From: Peribolospora baueri
Lineage: Eukaryota
Length of the DNA: 64,000 nucleotides
Reading direction: 5' to 3'
NCBI GenBank assembly: GCA_029717555.1
Contig: JAMDHS010000022.1
Location: 186,001 to 250,000, forward strand
Made by a program: the position numbers and the translations under genes. Under the pieces are notes generated by a model. That model was not told the origin of the DNA and ran no database searches. It worked only from the letters and a program-made list of their open reading frames with translations. This document shows, one piece after another, positions 24,042 through 36,321 of this stretch (its first letter is position 1; every line of letters begins with the position of its first letter).

Positions 24042-25245
24042 GGCTCTCTCGACGGCGACGGATCCCAGGCGGACGAGCTCGGAGACGGTGCGTTCGCTGA
24101 GACAGATGCTGCCCTCCGCGCCTTTCTCGGATTTGACGCGGTGGCGGTCGTGTGTGCGGTCCCTTTCCGATCTCTCGTTGGTGGTACGATCCCTTTTCGA
24201 ACCCTCGTCAAAGCGGTGGAGAGCGGCGGGGTCGACGACGAGAGGGGAGCAGGTGGGTGGCGGGAGGAGGAGAGGGAGGGGCGGGGGGGAGTGCTGGTGT
24301 GAATTAGAGTTGTATGCGTGCTGCGAGGCCGTATGATGCGGCGGCGTGAGCGTTGTTTGTCGAGACCGGGCGCGAGACTCGGTGGCTGTTTGCGAAGGTC
24401 TGTCGTGGTTGTGGTGGAAGGCGGTCTGTTTGAGGAAGGGAGAGCGGGAGAGGATGGGTGGCATAAGTAGGAGAGCGAGGTGGCGACGAGCGTGTTTGAC
24501 GAAAGCTACCGTGTCCAAACACGGGCCATTTCCCCCCCGCCGGTCGGTTCGGACGAGCGGATATGCGGGGGAGCGGGGGAGATGGTACTGGTTGCGTGGG
24601 AGGACACGCGACGCGTAGATGACCATTGTTTGACAACCGCTGCCGGCGAGTTTGGAACGATGGACGAAGGAAAGGGGCCACAAGACGCACGATAAAAAAA
24701 GAAAGAAAGGGCGGTGTGCTCACATGGGAGGGCATGGACAAGGACAGGGTCGGACGTTGGCCCTTCCCTTGCCCTCGTTCCCCCTCCGTCCTCCTTTCCC
24801 CAGCAGCGCTGCCTTGCACGAGCGCGGAGGAGGACGAAGCTTGGGCCGGTCCGCCGTCGTCGGCGTGCAAAACCCAGTCCAAGGGAGTGGTGACGTTCGC
24901 AACGGCGACGGCAGTGTTCCCACCGGGGCCGTCCTCGTTCCAGCCGAAGGGGAAGAAAGGGTCGTGGTGGTACGAGGCGGAGTGGAAGGGGCGCAAAGGC
25001 AACGCGGCGCGGAGGACGGTGTCGTCGGGGATGGAGAAGAGGGCGTCGGGTACGAGGTGGGCGGAGGAGGCGGCGGAGGGCGAAGAGAGAGGGGGTGGGG
25101 AAGGCAGGCGCATGTTTGGCGACAAAGGTGGTTAGGGAGGTGGGACAATGCGGTGGCGAGGATGACGACGGGAGGGGGGTATATGGACAAGGCAGGGGCG
25201 ATGAAAGGAGAGCGGACGGTTTTGGTGCGTGTCTCGTCTCTCTCT

Positions 25246-25276
<31 letters not shown>

Positions 25277-25618
25277 TCTTCCTCGTCCTCGACCTCGTCG
25301 CCGTCGTCGCGGTCGCGGTCACTTTGGCCGGCGCCTTTTTCGTCGCCGTTGGCGAGGTGGCCCCGGCGAGGTTAAAGGGAGCGGGAGCGGAAGGCCTACG
25401 CGAACGACGTGTAAATGAGCGTGACGCGCGGCGTGGCGCGTGGCGCATGGCAAGCAGGGCCCGGTTAGGGTTAGAGCGAGGTATGCAAAGCGCGAGCGAG
25501 CGTGTGCGCTCGACCGTGCCGTCGGTGGGTCACCGTGTCCACGTGGTTGCCGCAGCGTCTACGATCGAGTCGTCCTCGTGCTCGTCCTCCACCTCAATCG
25601 GCCCCCGTCGTCCCCAGC

Positions 25619-28600
25619 ATGGCCTCGTCCGACGACCGACTCCCGCCCAGCTCTCCGCCGCACGCGCCCTCCCGCCCCGGCCTCGCGAGGACAGAAACAG
25701 ACTCGCTCGCGCTCGCCTCGCCCACCAGCCCCGGCGCGGGCGGCAAGGGCAACTTCACCGAGAAGGAAGCCAGGATGGCTGGTCTTGTTAGTCCCTCCGA
25801 CAGCGTCGTCCATCTCGGGGCCGGCGCTGATGGCCCATATTACAGCGACGTCGACGAGAAGAGGGTGCAGAACGTGAGCCGCCTTGCTCCTTCCCATCGC
25901 TCTCCTGCTCCACTCCATTCACCCCCTCCCTCTCTTTCACAGGCCGACGGCAAATACTGGGCTCACACTCATCCTCACCATCGCCAGGCCGCCGCCGGAG
26001 CGCCTTCTGTCGGCGCCGTCGACGGTTCGCGACCAACATCTGCGTCGTCCAGTATCGCCGGCGCCGATGCAACCTCTTCCCGAGCTCGCTCCCCGGCGGA
26101 CAACCAGACAGGAACGATGTCTGCCGATGCACAACCCGTTCCCTACGATCAGGCCGAGGCAAAGCGACGAGGCAGGGTCGCCCAGCTGACCGACGCCGAG
26201 CTGGACGCGGAGGACCCTGCCGCTGTGGCCGCATCGGCGGCGGCGGCGGCGGCGACGCCCGCGAGGGGAGGCCCCAAGTTCGACAAACATCTGGAAGACG
26301 AAGAGGCCATCGATGGAGGTTACACGGGCGGGCCGACCGCCGCCGCCGCTCTCACCCACGCCGTAGATGATGCCCGCCACCGCGCCTTCGACGCACACGC
26401 AGACGTGGACGTGGACGTGGACGTGGACGTAGACGTGGACGAGGACGACGATGACAGCCTGAACCCAGAGCTGGCAGCGCTATACACCTCTTTCCAGCGA
26501 TGCCTCGATCTCCGCGAAAAGTACATCCGTCTTTCCTCTCAGCGCCTCGAGGATAATCCTAAGAACTGGGACGACGCGTTCCTCTCTTCTCGTCAGCGCC
26601 AGGGGCAAGCGGATCTGGACGTGGTCGGGGTGGTGGAAAAAGAGAAGAAGGACGAATATCAAGGCATGACACCGGTGGCGCCAAAACCGTGGAAGATCTA
26701 CCCTCCCCCACCAAAGCCGCACTGGGACCACGAACACCCCCTCCACCCAGAGCACGCAGCCTACAAGGAGGAGCAAGAAGCCGGTGCCGGAGAGCGGGCC
26801 GAGGCAGCAAGAAAGAAGAAGAGCGACGAGGAGAGCGGGAGCGGGAGCGGGGGCAGGTTCGACTTTACCGAGTGCCATATCCCTGGCAGGCACGACGGCT
26901 TCGAGTTTGGCTTGGACGATAGCGGCGTGTATCAGGTTCGGAGGAGCGGCGGTGCGTGGAGCGATGACTTTTTCTTTTCTTTTCTGCTGTCGAACGCGTC
27001 GAACCATCCCTTCCACTCCTTCTTTTCTTTTCACTCATCTTCTCTCCTTCTTTTCACTCACGCCGCAGACACTCCCCTATCTGCCCGCCCGCCCCTGTTT
27101 CACATCCCTTCCCTTCGCGAGTACTTTCTCGATCTCGACTACATCCTCGGCGTCATCTCCGACGGCCCCGCCAAGTCGTTCGCATGGCGAAGGCTCAAAT
27201 ATCTCGAGAGCAAGTGGCAGCTGTATTGCCTCTTGAATGAGTATCAGGAGCTGGCTGATATAAAGAGGGTGCCTCATCGGTGAGTGGGGTCGGTCTAGCT
27301 GGCATCCATGTCTCGCCTTGACCTTCCCTAGGGCGCCGGTTGTCGGCCTGACCGGTCGGCGGACTGACAAATCTCGCGTCCTTCCTCCCCTGCCTGTATG
27401 CTCTACTCCTCCGCCGACAGCGACTTTTACAACGTCCGAAAGGTCGATACGCACGTCCACCACTCAGCGGCCATGAACCAGAAACACTTGCTCCGGTTCA
27501 TCAAGTCCAAGATGCGTAGGACACCGAACGTGAGCGTCCAGACGTGAACGCGCAGCAACGTCCGCGACAGATCTTTAATCAGTGATCCCCCCCTCCGGTG
27601 GACCGCTCTCAGGACGTCGTCATCTTTCGCGACGACAAGCACCTCACTCTCCAGCAAGTCTTCGAGTCGCTCAACCTCACCGCGTACGACCTTAGCATCG
27701 ACACGCTAGACATGCACGCCCACCAGGACAGCTTCCACCGGTTCGACAAGTTCAACCTCAAGTACAATCCGATCGGCGAGAGCCGACTTAGGGAGATCTT
27801 TCTCAAAACGGATAACTACATCGGTGGCAGGTACCTGGCGGAGATCACCAAGGGTGAGGATCGTCGGCGAGGCTGGGCGGGCGCCGACGACGACCGTCAC
27901 TGACGACGTCCTGCGACTTCCTGCGATCGGAACGGACAAAGAGATCTTCTCCGACCTCGAACAATCCAAGTACCAAATGGCCGAATACAGGATCAGCATC
28001 TACGGCCGCTCGCCACAAGAGTGGGACAAGCTCGCGGCGTGGATGGTGGACCACGAGCTGTTCAGCAACAACGTTCGCTGGCTTATTCAGGTGCCCAGGC
28101 TCTACGACGTGTACAAGGCCAACGGCACCGTGGACAACTTTGAGCAAGTCATCGTCAGTGAGTGGCTGTCTCCTTGTGGCCTCCCACTACATGGTTCACG
28201 CCCGTATGTCCCCCCAGAGCTGACCAACTTCCCGTCATCCCGGTCTCGCCCTCCGCCTCTTTAAGACATCTTTCAGCCACTCTTCGAAGTGACCCTCGAC
28301 CCGAGCTCTCACCCCAAGCTGCACGTCTTCCTCCAGCGCGTCGTCGGCTTCGACAGCGTGGACGACGAGTCCAAGCAGGAACGCAGGCTGTATCGCAAGT
28401 TTCCCGTTCCGAAGATGTGGGACACTAAGCAGAACCCGCCGTATAACTACTGGTACGTGTCGGCGGTGTGCGAGCCGAGCTGTGGGCTCGCTCGCTCACA
28501 CAGCCCTTCTTTCCCTCCCGAAATCGATGTAGGATCTACTACATGTACGCAAACATGGCCAGCTTGAACAAGTGGCGCCAGGCGAGGGGTTTCAGTGAGT

Positions 28601-29908
28601 GTTTATGACGTCCGCAAAAGGCCTCCTTCCCAGTCGCGTCTTGGCTTACGCCCCACGCTCGCCTACCTCCACGGCGCCTTCAGACACCTTTGTGCTACGT
28701 CCGCACGCGGGCGAAGCAGGTGATACCGACCACCTCACGGCGGCCTTCCTCACCTCGCACTCTATCTCCCACGGCATCCTCCTTCGCAAAGTGCCAGCGC
28801 TGCAGTACCTCTTCTACCTCAAGCAGATCGGCCTCCACATGAGCCCGCTGAGCAACAACGCCCTCTTCCTCGCTTACGAACGCAATCCCTTTCCCTCTTT
28901 CTTTCGCACCGGCCTCAACGTCAGCATTTCGACCGATGATCCGTTGCAATTCCACCTGTCCAAAGAGCCGCTCTTGGAGGAGTTTAGCGTCGCCACGCAG
29001 GTCAGTCGAGTCGAGTCGAGCTGAGCCCGAGCACGCTCTTCTTTCCCTTTTCGGTGCAAAAGGGGAGGAAGGGAGGAGCGACGAGGATGGCAGGTGTACG
29101 CGGCGGCTAAGCTCCGTTTTTTTTTTCTTCCCTGGTGCGCTGCGTTTTCGTTCGCGCCACAGATCTATAAGTTGTCTCCCTCCGGTGAGTGACCGACCAA
29201 GCGTCGTCGTCGTCGCGTCCTTGCTCCCATCTCGTGCTGACGGCTAGCCATTTTGCCCCGCACATTCTCTGCCCGCGCTACCGACCGATCGACCGACCAA
29301 CCCGAACAGACATGTGCGAATTGGCCCGCAACTCGGTTCTTCAATCCGGTTGGGAAATGGAGATCAAGCGCCACTGGGTGGGCAAGAACTTTTACCTCCC
29401 TGGGCCTGCGGGGAACGATATGAACAAGACCAATGTGCCCAACATCCGGCTCCAATTCCGATGGGAGACGCTGTGCGACGAGCTGGAGCTCGTCCGACGG
29501 CACGGGCGCCCGAGGCGGCCGGCTTCTTCCGTCGACGGCGGGCCCATCAAACAGCGGGCGCTGCCGGGATCGACGTTGGCGTCGGGCTCGGTGGAGGGCG
29601 GCGCCGGGCTGCCTTTGGAGGTGACGACGAAGACGGAAGGCAGCATCGCGAGTCTGCACCCTCGACAGGGGAATGATGCGGTGGCTGCCGCCGCCATGGC
29701 GCACAGCGCGCTCGGGGACAGCTTGACCGCTCACCCCGGGGTGCACATGCTGGCCGAGAGGCAGAGGATGAGGAGGATAAGCGAGGGGGAGCAGAAGGCG
29801 GAAAGGCCAAATGCGCTCGGCGTCGCTTCTGCAGCTGGGCTGGCTATGAGTAAGGCTGACGAGGGCGAGGGAGAGAACGGAGTCGGGGAGGCGGCGCATG
29901 TGAAATGA
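25619..29908 (+). CDS. AMD1: AMP deaminase, about 10 exons
   Basis: [75 protein letters not shown] and [14 protein letters not shown]. Confidence 0.97.
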
Positions 29909-30860
29909 TGGGGAGGACCATCACCGCATCAAACTCCCCGAGCTCTCTCTTTCTTTGTGTCTTTCAGCCTAGCTGTGAACGTTTACGTCGGTGCGTACAA
30001 TAGAACGACGACGGTGAGGACCTCTGTGACCGATGACGCTCAGCTCGGTCAGCTTGCCACGATTCGATTCTCGCTCGAAGCGAGCTGTGAAGAAACATCG
30101 GCCAAAACTCGGTTCCCCACCGGCTTTTTTGCCCCTCTCGTCCCGCGTGTCCTGGAAACGTGCCTGCGAGGAATAAACCTAGAAGAGCGAGATAGGAAAA
30201 GAAGAGAAGCGAGAGAGAGCTTTTCTGGAACGGGGGAGAATGCTCAGGAAACATACGCTGGCAGCCGGTTCGACACGTCCTTGGCGGACTCGGCTCACCC
30301 GCGCGCATCATGCTCTGGGGGGCTCTACAAGTAAGCCACCGCAGCCTCTACGCTCGTCGCTCGCTCAGGCAGGATCTCTCAACACGTGCGACGACTGCTG
30401 ACTTGGTGACGCGCCAACAAAGAGGAGGCAGCCAAGATAAAAACCTCGCCGAAGAAGTGGGCGGCTCTCAGGATGAGATAGTAAAGATGACGTTCGGAGG
30501 AGCGAGCATTGAGGGCGCGAAAAGCGCAATCCGGAGGTCATCCACAATCATCATTCAAGTGACACGCTAAACGACACTACACGGGATAAGATCTCTTGAA
30601 CGCACGGAGAGGAAAATATAGCCAAGGGGTTGGGATGCAAATTGCCATTGCGAGGTCTACGGGTACGTATCTATAAAACCGGATAACTGTCGGACGGGAA
30701 CGACCATGGTCGCAGTCACGCATGACCACGCGACGCGACACAAGATGCATGACGACGCTCTCGAGCCCCGTTCTCCTCGGAAGGATACCAGCCAGGTAAC
30801 GCTCCCGGGCCGCATAAGGGCGAGAAGGGCGTCAAATGGACAGGGCCCGCAGTGAGCGGC

Positions 30861-31822
30861 TCAGTAAGGGCGAGCGGCGGCCTGGCACGCCTTGAGTTGC
30901 TCGAGATAGTATCCGCAGGCGGTCATGTCGCCGTTGGTCGACTCGAGGCACCTGACGAAATCTAATTGTAGTTTGGGAAGCGAGGGTAGGAGGACAAACC
31001 GACGAAAAGCGGATCAGTCAAACAGCTGTCGCTCGAATCACGGTTTGGGCGTTCATACGGCGACGGGACGAGAAGGAAAGTAGACAGCTCACCCTTCGAC
31101 TGAGTCTCGCAGCTGACACCAGCGCCCTGCTGACCGTAGCTGCTGAAAGAGTCAGACTGAGCGGCAGGCGCAGGGGGAGCAGCGGCCTCGGGAGCGGGAG
31201 CGGAGTTGCCGGAGCCGCCGAAAAGCATGTTGGAAATGCCGTGGCCGACAGTGGAGCCGACAGCTACACCAGCCGCCGTGGAGGCCATCTTTACGGGAGT
31301 TGAAGGAGGGTGTGTGAGATGAGAGCAGAGATGAAGACGATAAAACGTCAGAATCGAGTTGTCTCAAGGTATCCACATCCTACAGCGTCAGCGCTTCAAT
31401 CCTTTCTCTCCCTTCCCTCCGCTCCTCCACACCTCCTCGTCCTTTTCCACGCCGCTATGTGACCATGAAATCGCAGACGCCGGCTCACCTGAGCGAACAT
31501 CCCCGGCTGCTTCGGCTGTGGCTGGTACTGCGCGGGCATTTGCTGATGTGGTTGAGCGGGAACCTGGTGCTGCTGCTGGTGAGCGACCGGAGCAGGTGCA
31601 GCTGCGGGCGCGCGGGCTTGGGTGTGGGCTCCGCGAGAGCCGGCGGGCGCGGGGCGGGCGCTGGAGCGAGAGGAGCGCTGGAGGGCGGGAGATGGAGAGG
31701 CATGGGAGGGGACCCAGGGAACGATCAGCATCCAGACGCGCGCCGACCGTCTGCACGAGGTTTCGAGCGAGCTAGAGGCAATCACAAGAAGCGAAGCGAC
31801 TCTTCGAGGCACTTACAGGCAT
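30861..31822 (-). CDS. MIX17: Mitochondrial intermembrane-space CHCH protein Mix17 (CHCHD2/CHCHD10 family), 4 exons
   Basis: MP|RSSRSSARPAP, QPGMFAQMASTAAGVAVGSTVGHG, and a twin CX9C motif (CETQSKDFVRC...CGYYLEQLKAC). Confidence 0.93.
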
Positions 31823-32367
31823 TGCGACGGTTGGCGATATGAAAAGAAAGTGGTGGCGAAGAAAGTAAGGGTGGCGACGGTGGTGGAGACGATGATGGTG
31901 GCAGAAGCGGCGGCGACGGACAGACGCGAGGGACGGCTGCGGCGGCTTTAAGCGGTCGGGCCGGATCGCGGGCCGTGCCGGGGACACGACACGCAAGCTG
32001 GGGACGGCGGCAGAAGACGCCGGAGAAGGTGGTGGAAGACGAACGTGCGTAGAGCACATACGAGAGGACGTCACGGATCTCATCGCGAGCCTCACAAACC
32101 AGCTTGTTTGCGCGGACAGTCGCAGAGGACACGTCAGCATTTCACTTCACACGAGCGGCGAAACAGGATAAACCGCCCGCTCGCGAGGGAGAAGTGGGTC
32201 GACTTGTTAAGTCACCCCACACACCCCACACCTAGCCTACATTCGTCTGATCTTTCAGGGCGAAGCTGGTTACGCAACGCATGTACGATTGCCTGAGTAG
32301 TCACCTGCTCGGCTGGGGAAAATCGTCTCGGTAGCATCGCCGTCCGTCGTGTATTCCTGAGAAGTTT

Positions 32368-34486
32368 CTAAAGCGAATTTCCGTCCCAATGTGGGAGAGA
32401 GCGGCTGCCGGTACAGAAGACCAGCTCCAACAGGGCTCTGACGGCGTGCAGATCCACGTCCACGGCTCTGCCCGTCGCAAAGCGCAGCATCTGCGCGCAG
32501 TGCCACAGCGTGCCCAGCCCGGCGCCGACAAGATTGGTGGGTATCAACCTCCTGGCGAGCGCCTCGCCCCGCACGACGTACGACGCTGCCCTCGCCTCCT
32601 CGTCCGCCACGTCCGCGTTGAGCAGCACCGCCCGAGGCAGATCCGGTCGTATGGCAGCCGGTCTCCCCACACCTATCAAGTCGACCGTACCGCCGCCGAG
32701 GGCCGCCGTCATGCCCGTCCGCGTCCGGAAGCCGCCGGTGAGCATGATGGCCATCTTCGAGCCCTCTGGCAGCTCGGCTCGAGCTCTCGCAGCAAAGTCG
32801 GCGAAGAAGGCTTCTCGGGCCTTCGTCGATCCTTTCTGATGCGCATGCCCGTTAGCTGATGACGAGGATGGGCCGTGCTCTGGTGCTGAAGTGGGCGCGG
32901 GCGCGGGGCCGTCGCTGATGAAGACTGATTCACAGATGTCAATCTGTCAGTCTGCCGCCATGCCACCGGCAAGTCAAGGAAGAAAAGGTCCGCATCCCGT
33001 TCTACTCACCGGGATTCTCATAAGTGCCTCCGGAGATCTCGACAAAGTCCACCCCGCTATCCTCAGCGAGCCATCGGACGTTGTCCAGCGCGTCTTCCTC
33101 TGTCAGGCCGCCGGCGACGTAGTCAGCGGAGTTGAGCTGTTGTGGACGATAGGTCAAGAGCGATGAGAAGGAGCGAGGATGAAGACAGCAAAGGACTGGG
33201 TTACGTGTTCGACCAAAGCGTTGGAGAGGCAACGCACCTTCACGCCGACGACAAAGTCGTCTCCGCAACGCTTTCGAACAGCTGTGATGATTTCGAGCAC
33301 GATCCGTATGCGCTTTCGCGGCGTGCCGCCGTAGTCATCTGTGCGCCTGTTCGTCTTCACTCGGGCGAGCGGGGACGGGGGAAATTTTGCTGAGTGAACG
33401 CACGCGCCGCTCGAACAGCTGGAGAGACCAGACATACCAATGGTGAAAGGAACTGGGTCCGCGAGGAGCACGTCACGTCCGGCGTCAATCACTGTAAGGC
33501 GGAGCACGGGCCATCAGGGTGCGCGTACCGACCACTCACCTGAGCCAAAAGATACCCGTGACTGCAATGCAGTTGTACCCCATCGAACCCGCTTTCCTTA
33601 CACCACCAGCTCGCAAGCGCAAACCTCTGCACCGTCTCCCGGATGTCCTCCTCCGTCATCTCCCTGGGCGTGTTGAACGTGACGCGATCGAAGATCCGGG
33701 AGACGAGGCCCTCGCCCGTCTTCATGGGCACCACGCTGGGCGCTTGCGGGCGCGACCACGGCGCGCGGCCCATGCCGCGGACGGACTGGCGTCCCGCGTG
33801 GCATATCTGGACCACCGCCAGGGGGGCCTTCTCTCCGTTGCGAACGGACGTGGTGGAGGGACGGAGGGAGTGAGCGTAGCGGGACCACGCGGTGCGGTAG
33901 GTTGGCGAAGAGAGCTGGGCAGGATCGAAGGTGATGTCGAAGGGCAGACCAAGGTGCGTGGGATCCAGGCTGATGTTGCCTTTGTGAGGACGCAGAGGTG
34001 CGCGGGATCAAGAAGAAGAAAGAGGAGTACTCAATGTCGTGTGACGAGCGTCGACGACGCCTCGCTCACTTCATTTCACTTCACCAGGCCTCACTCCCTC
34101 ACCGGTGATGATCATCCCCCAGTCGCCGTCAGCCCACTTCCGATACGTAGCGTAATGGAGTTCGTTGGGCGGGCTTCCTCCCAACTTTGCCAGAGCTTCC
34201 TCCATCGGCGCCTGTCGGACGCGGAGGAAAGGAGCGGCATGGGAAAAGAAGAGAAAGGAGCCGAGATGGGCTAGGAGTGAGCGATGTGAGCGCCGTCATG
34301 CGCCGCCCTCGCTCGAGGGGGCGAGCGCACCTTGACGAGTCGATTTGGCACCACCTTCCCGCAAGGCAAGGCGATCGGGGACGAGAGCATGGCCAGCGCT
34401 TGCTCGTCCACGGCGCCATCTCGGGCGCCGCTTTTGGAGCCTGCGCTCACGTCTCCGTCCCGGTCTTCGTATGCCTCGGAGGTCAT
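32368..34486 (-). CDS. NADH:flavin oxidoreductase / old yellow enzyme family, multi-exon
   Basis: LPCGKVVPNRLVK, ADGDWGMIIT, VQICHAGRQ, GFDGVQLHCSHGYLLAQ, TNRRTDDYGG, VDFVEISGGTYE, MLTGGFRT and DLIGVGRP. Confidence 0.92.
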
Positions 34487-34978
34487 GGCTCAGCGGCTAG
34501 AAAATGGTGTCCGTCGTCGTCGAAGCGGCGACTGTGATGCCCGGCGCATGTGAAACGTTCACGCCCGCCGGAACCAATCAATCGTAGGAGACAGACGTTC
34601 CGATCGCCGCTCGTTCACCTACGACTCCCGTCGGTTCCATCATTCTCCCAACCAGACTCGGGCCAGCGAACACGACAGTCGTTCGTCGTTCAAAAGATGA
34701 ACCCAGAGCGGCCAGCAGCCCTCGAGAGCGCACGCAATTCATGTCTGCTGCTCTCTCCGATCCCGCAGCGGGCCGTCACATTCGTCTGGTTCATCAAGAG
34801 CACGGACTTTCAGCTACAGACCGCGGCGTGGGGCATCGAGGAAAAAGAAGGGTAGCAGGGGAGACTAAAACAAGGGACATGGGGCGGACGAGGCCTTCGC
34901 GTTAGAAGACGGCGGGCCTCTTCTGGATGAAATACACGATAGGTACAGGTACATGGGCGCCATGCTACAGGATAGCAT

Positions 34979-35624
34979 TTACGAGCGCTCGCCGCGGAGA
35001 CGGCGGGCGAGAGCGATGTCTGATCAGGCATAGGGAGGTGACAAGCAAGAGTGAGATCAGCATCTCATAGTAATTCAACAAAAGGGACTTTGACGCGCCG
35101 CATGACACGACTCAAGGGTCGGACAGGAAGAAAACAGAGAAAACATCAAAACCACGGAAATGAGTCTCACCCTTGGGCTGGATCGTGACGCGTTTGGCGT
35201 GAATGGCAGCAAGGTTGGTGTCCTCGAAGAGGGAGACGAGGTATGCCTCGGAGGCCTCCTGGAGGGCGCCGATGGCGGAGGATTGGAAGCGCAGGTCCGT
35301 CTTGAAGTCCTGGGCGATCTCGCGGACGAGCCGCTGGAAGGGGAGCTTGCGGATGAGAAGCTCGGTGGACTTCTGGTACCGGCGGATCTCACGGAGGGCG
35401 ACGGTACCGGGCTTGTAACGGTGGGGCTTCTTGACTGTGATCGGGAAGGAGGTAAGGGTTAAGCGGTTGGATCTCAAAAGATAAGGAGAAAACAAAAAGG
35501 GGGCAAACGATGACTCACCACCACCGGCGGCGGGGGCCGACTTGCGAGCGGCCTTGGTGGCGAGTTGCTTGCGCGGGGCCTTGCCACCGGTTGACTTGCG
35601 GGCGGTCTGCTTGGTACGAGCCAT
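34979..35624 (-). CDS. HHT1: Histone H3, 3 exons
   Basis: [62 protein letters not shown]...[20 protein letters not shown]. Confidence 0.99.
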
Positions 35625-36321
35625 GTCGAATTGAAAAGACGGTGAAAAAAGTGTGGTGGCTGAGTGTTGTCGGTGAAAAGAGAGAAGGGTGGCGACGAGG
35701 CCGGGGGGTGAGTGTCGAGGAGTGTTAAGCTCGCAGCGGACGTTGGTGATGGTGGTTGAGAGACGAGTTGGATCGTCGCCGGCGCGACGCGGTCGCCTTC
35801 AGGCGCGTCCACGTGAGCGAGGATCAGGATCAGGATCAGTGAACGTGATCCATCTCGGCCTGGTCCCACCCGCCAGTCGGGAAGGGAAAAAACTGATCTT
35901 AAATTCTCCGAAAAAAATCCCTGGGTCCAAAGCAATCGTCTACCTGACCAAAGCCCTGGCAGCGGGTCAGAAGTGGCGCGGCAGGATAGAAGGAGTATGG
36001 TACACAACAATTCTGCAGTGCGTGCGGGACGGATATAGCGGACGTTGTGTATCGTGAAGCAAGCGGTCGAGCTGATCCGGCGCTCGTTTGGGAGGAAGCG
36101 TCGTGATCACGGTCAACGTCGACAGGACGAGCATGTCTACGAGGGAATATAAAAAAGGAAGGCCAAGGGAAGGCGTGAAGATGAAAGCAAAATACCGCAG
36201 GCGAAAAAAGATATAAAAATGCATATTGCTAGCGGGGACCAGAAAGGAGACGTGCCCCAAGTCGACGGATTGACCTGGTCGGCCGGGCCTTGGAGGACAA
36301 GGGAAACACGCACGCCCACAT

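Noticed and set aside
21997..24336. Long plus-strand ORFs antisense to the orphan gene, and similar ones opposite other genes
   Set aside because: Expected shadows of GC-rich, stop-poor coding sequence.
26401..26455. (GACGTG)n encoding DVDVDVDV in AMP deaminase
   Set aside because: An in-frame microsatellite in a disordered N-terminal region, in keeping with the local repeat density.
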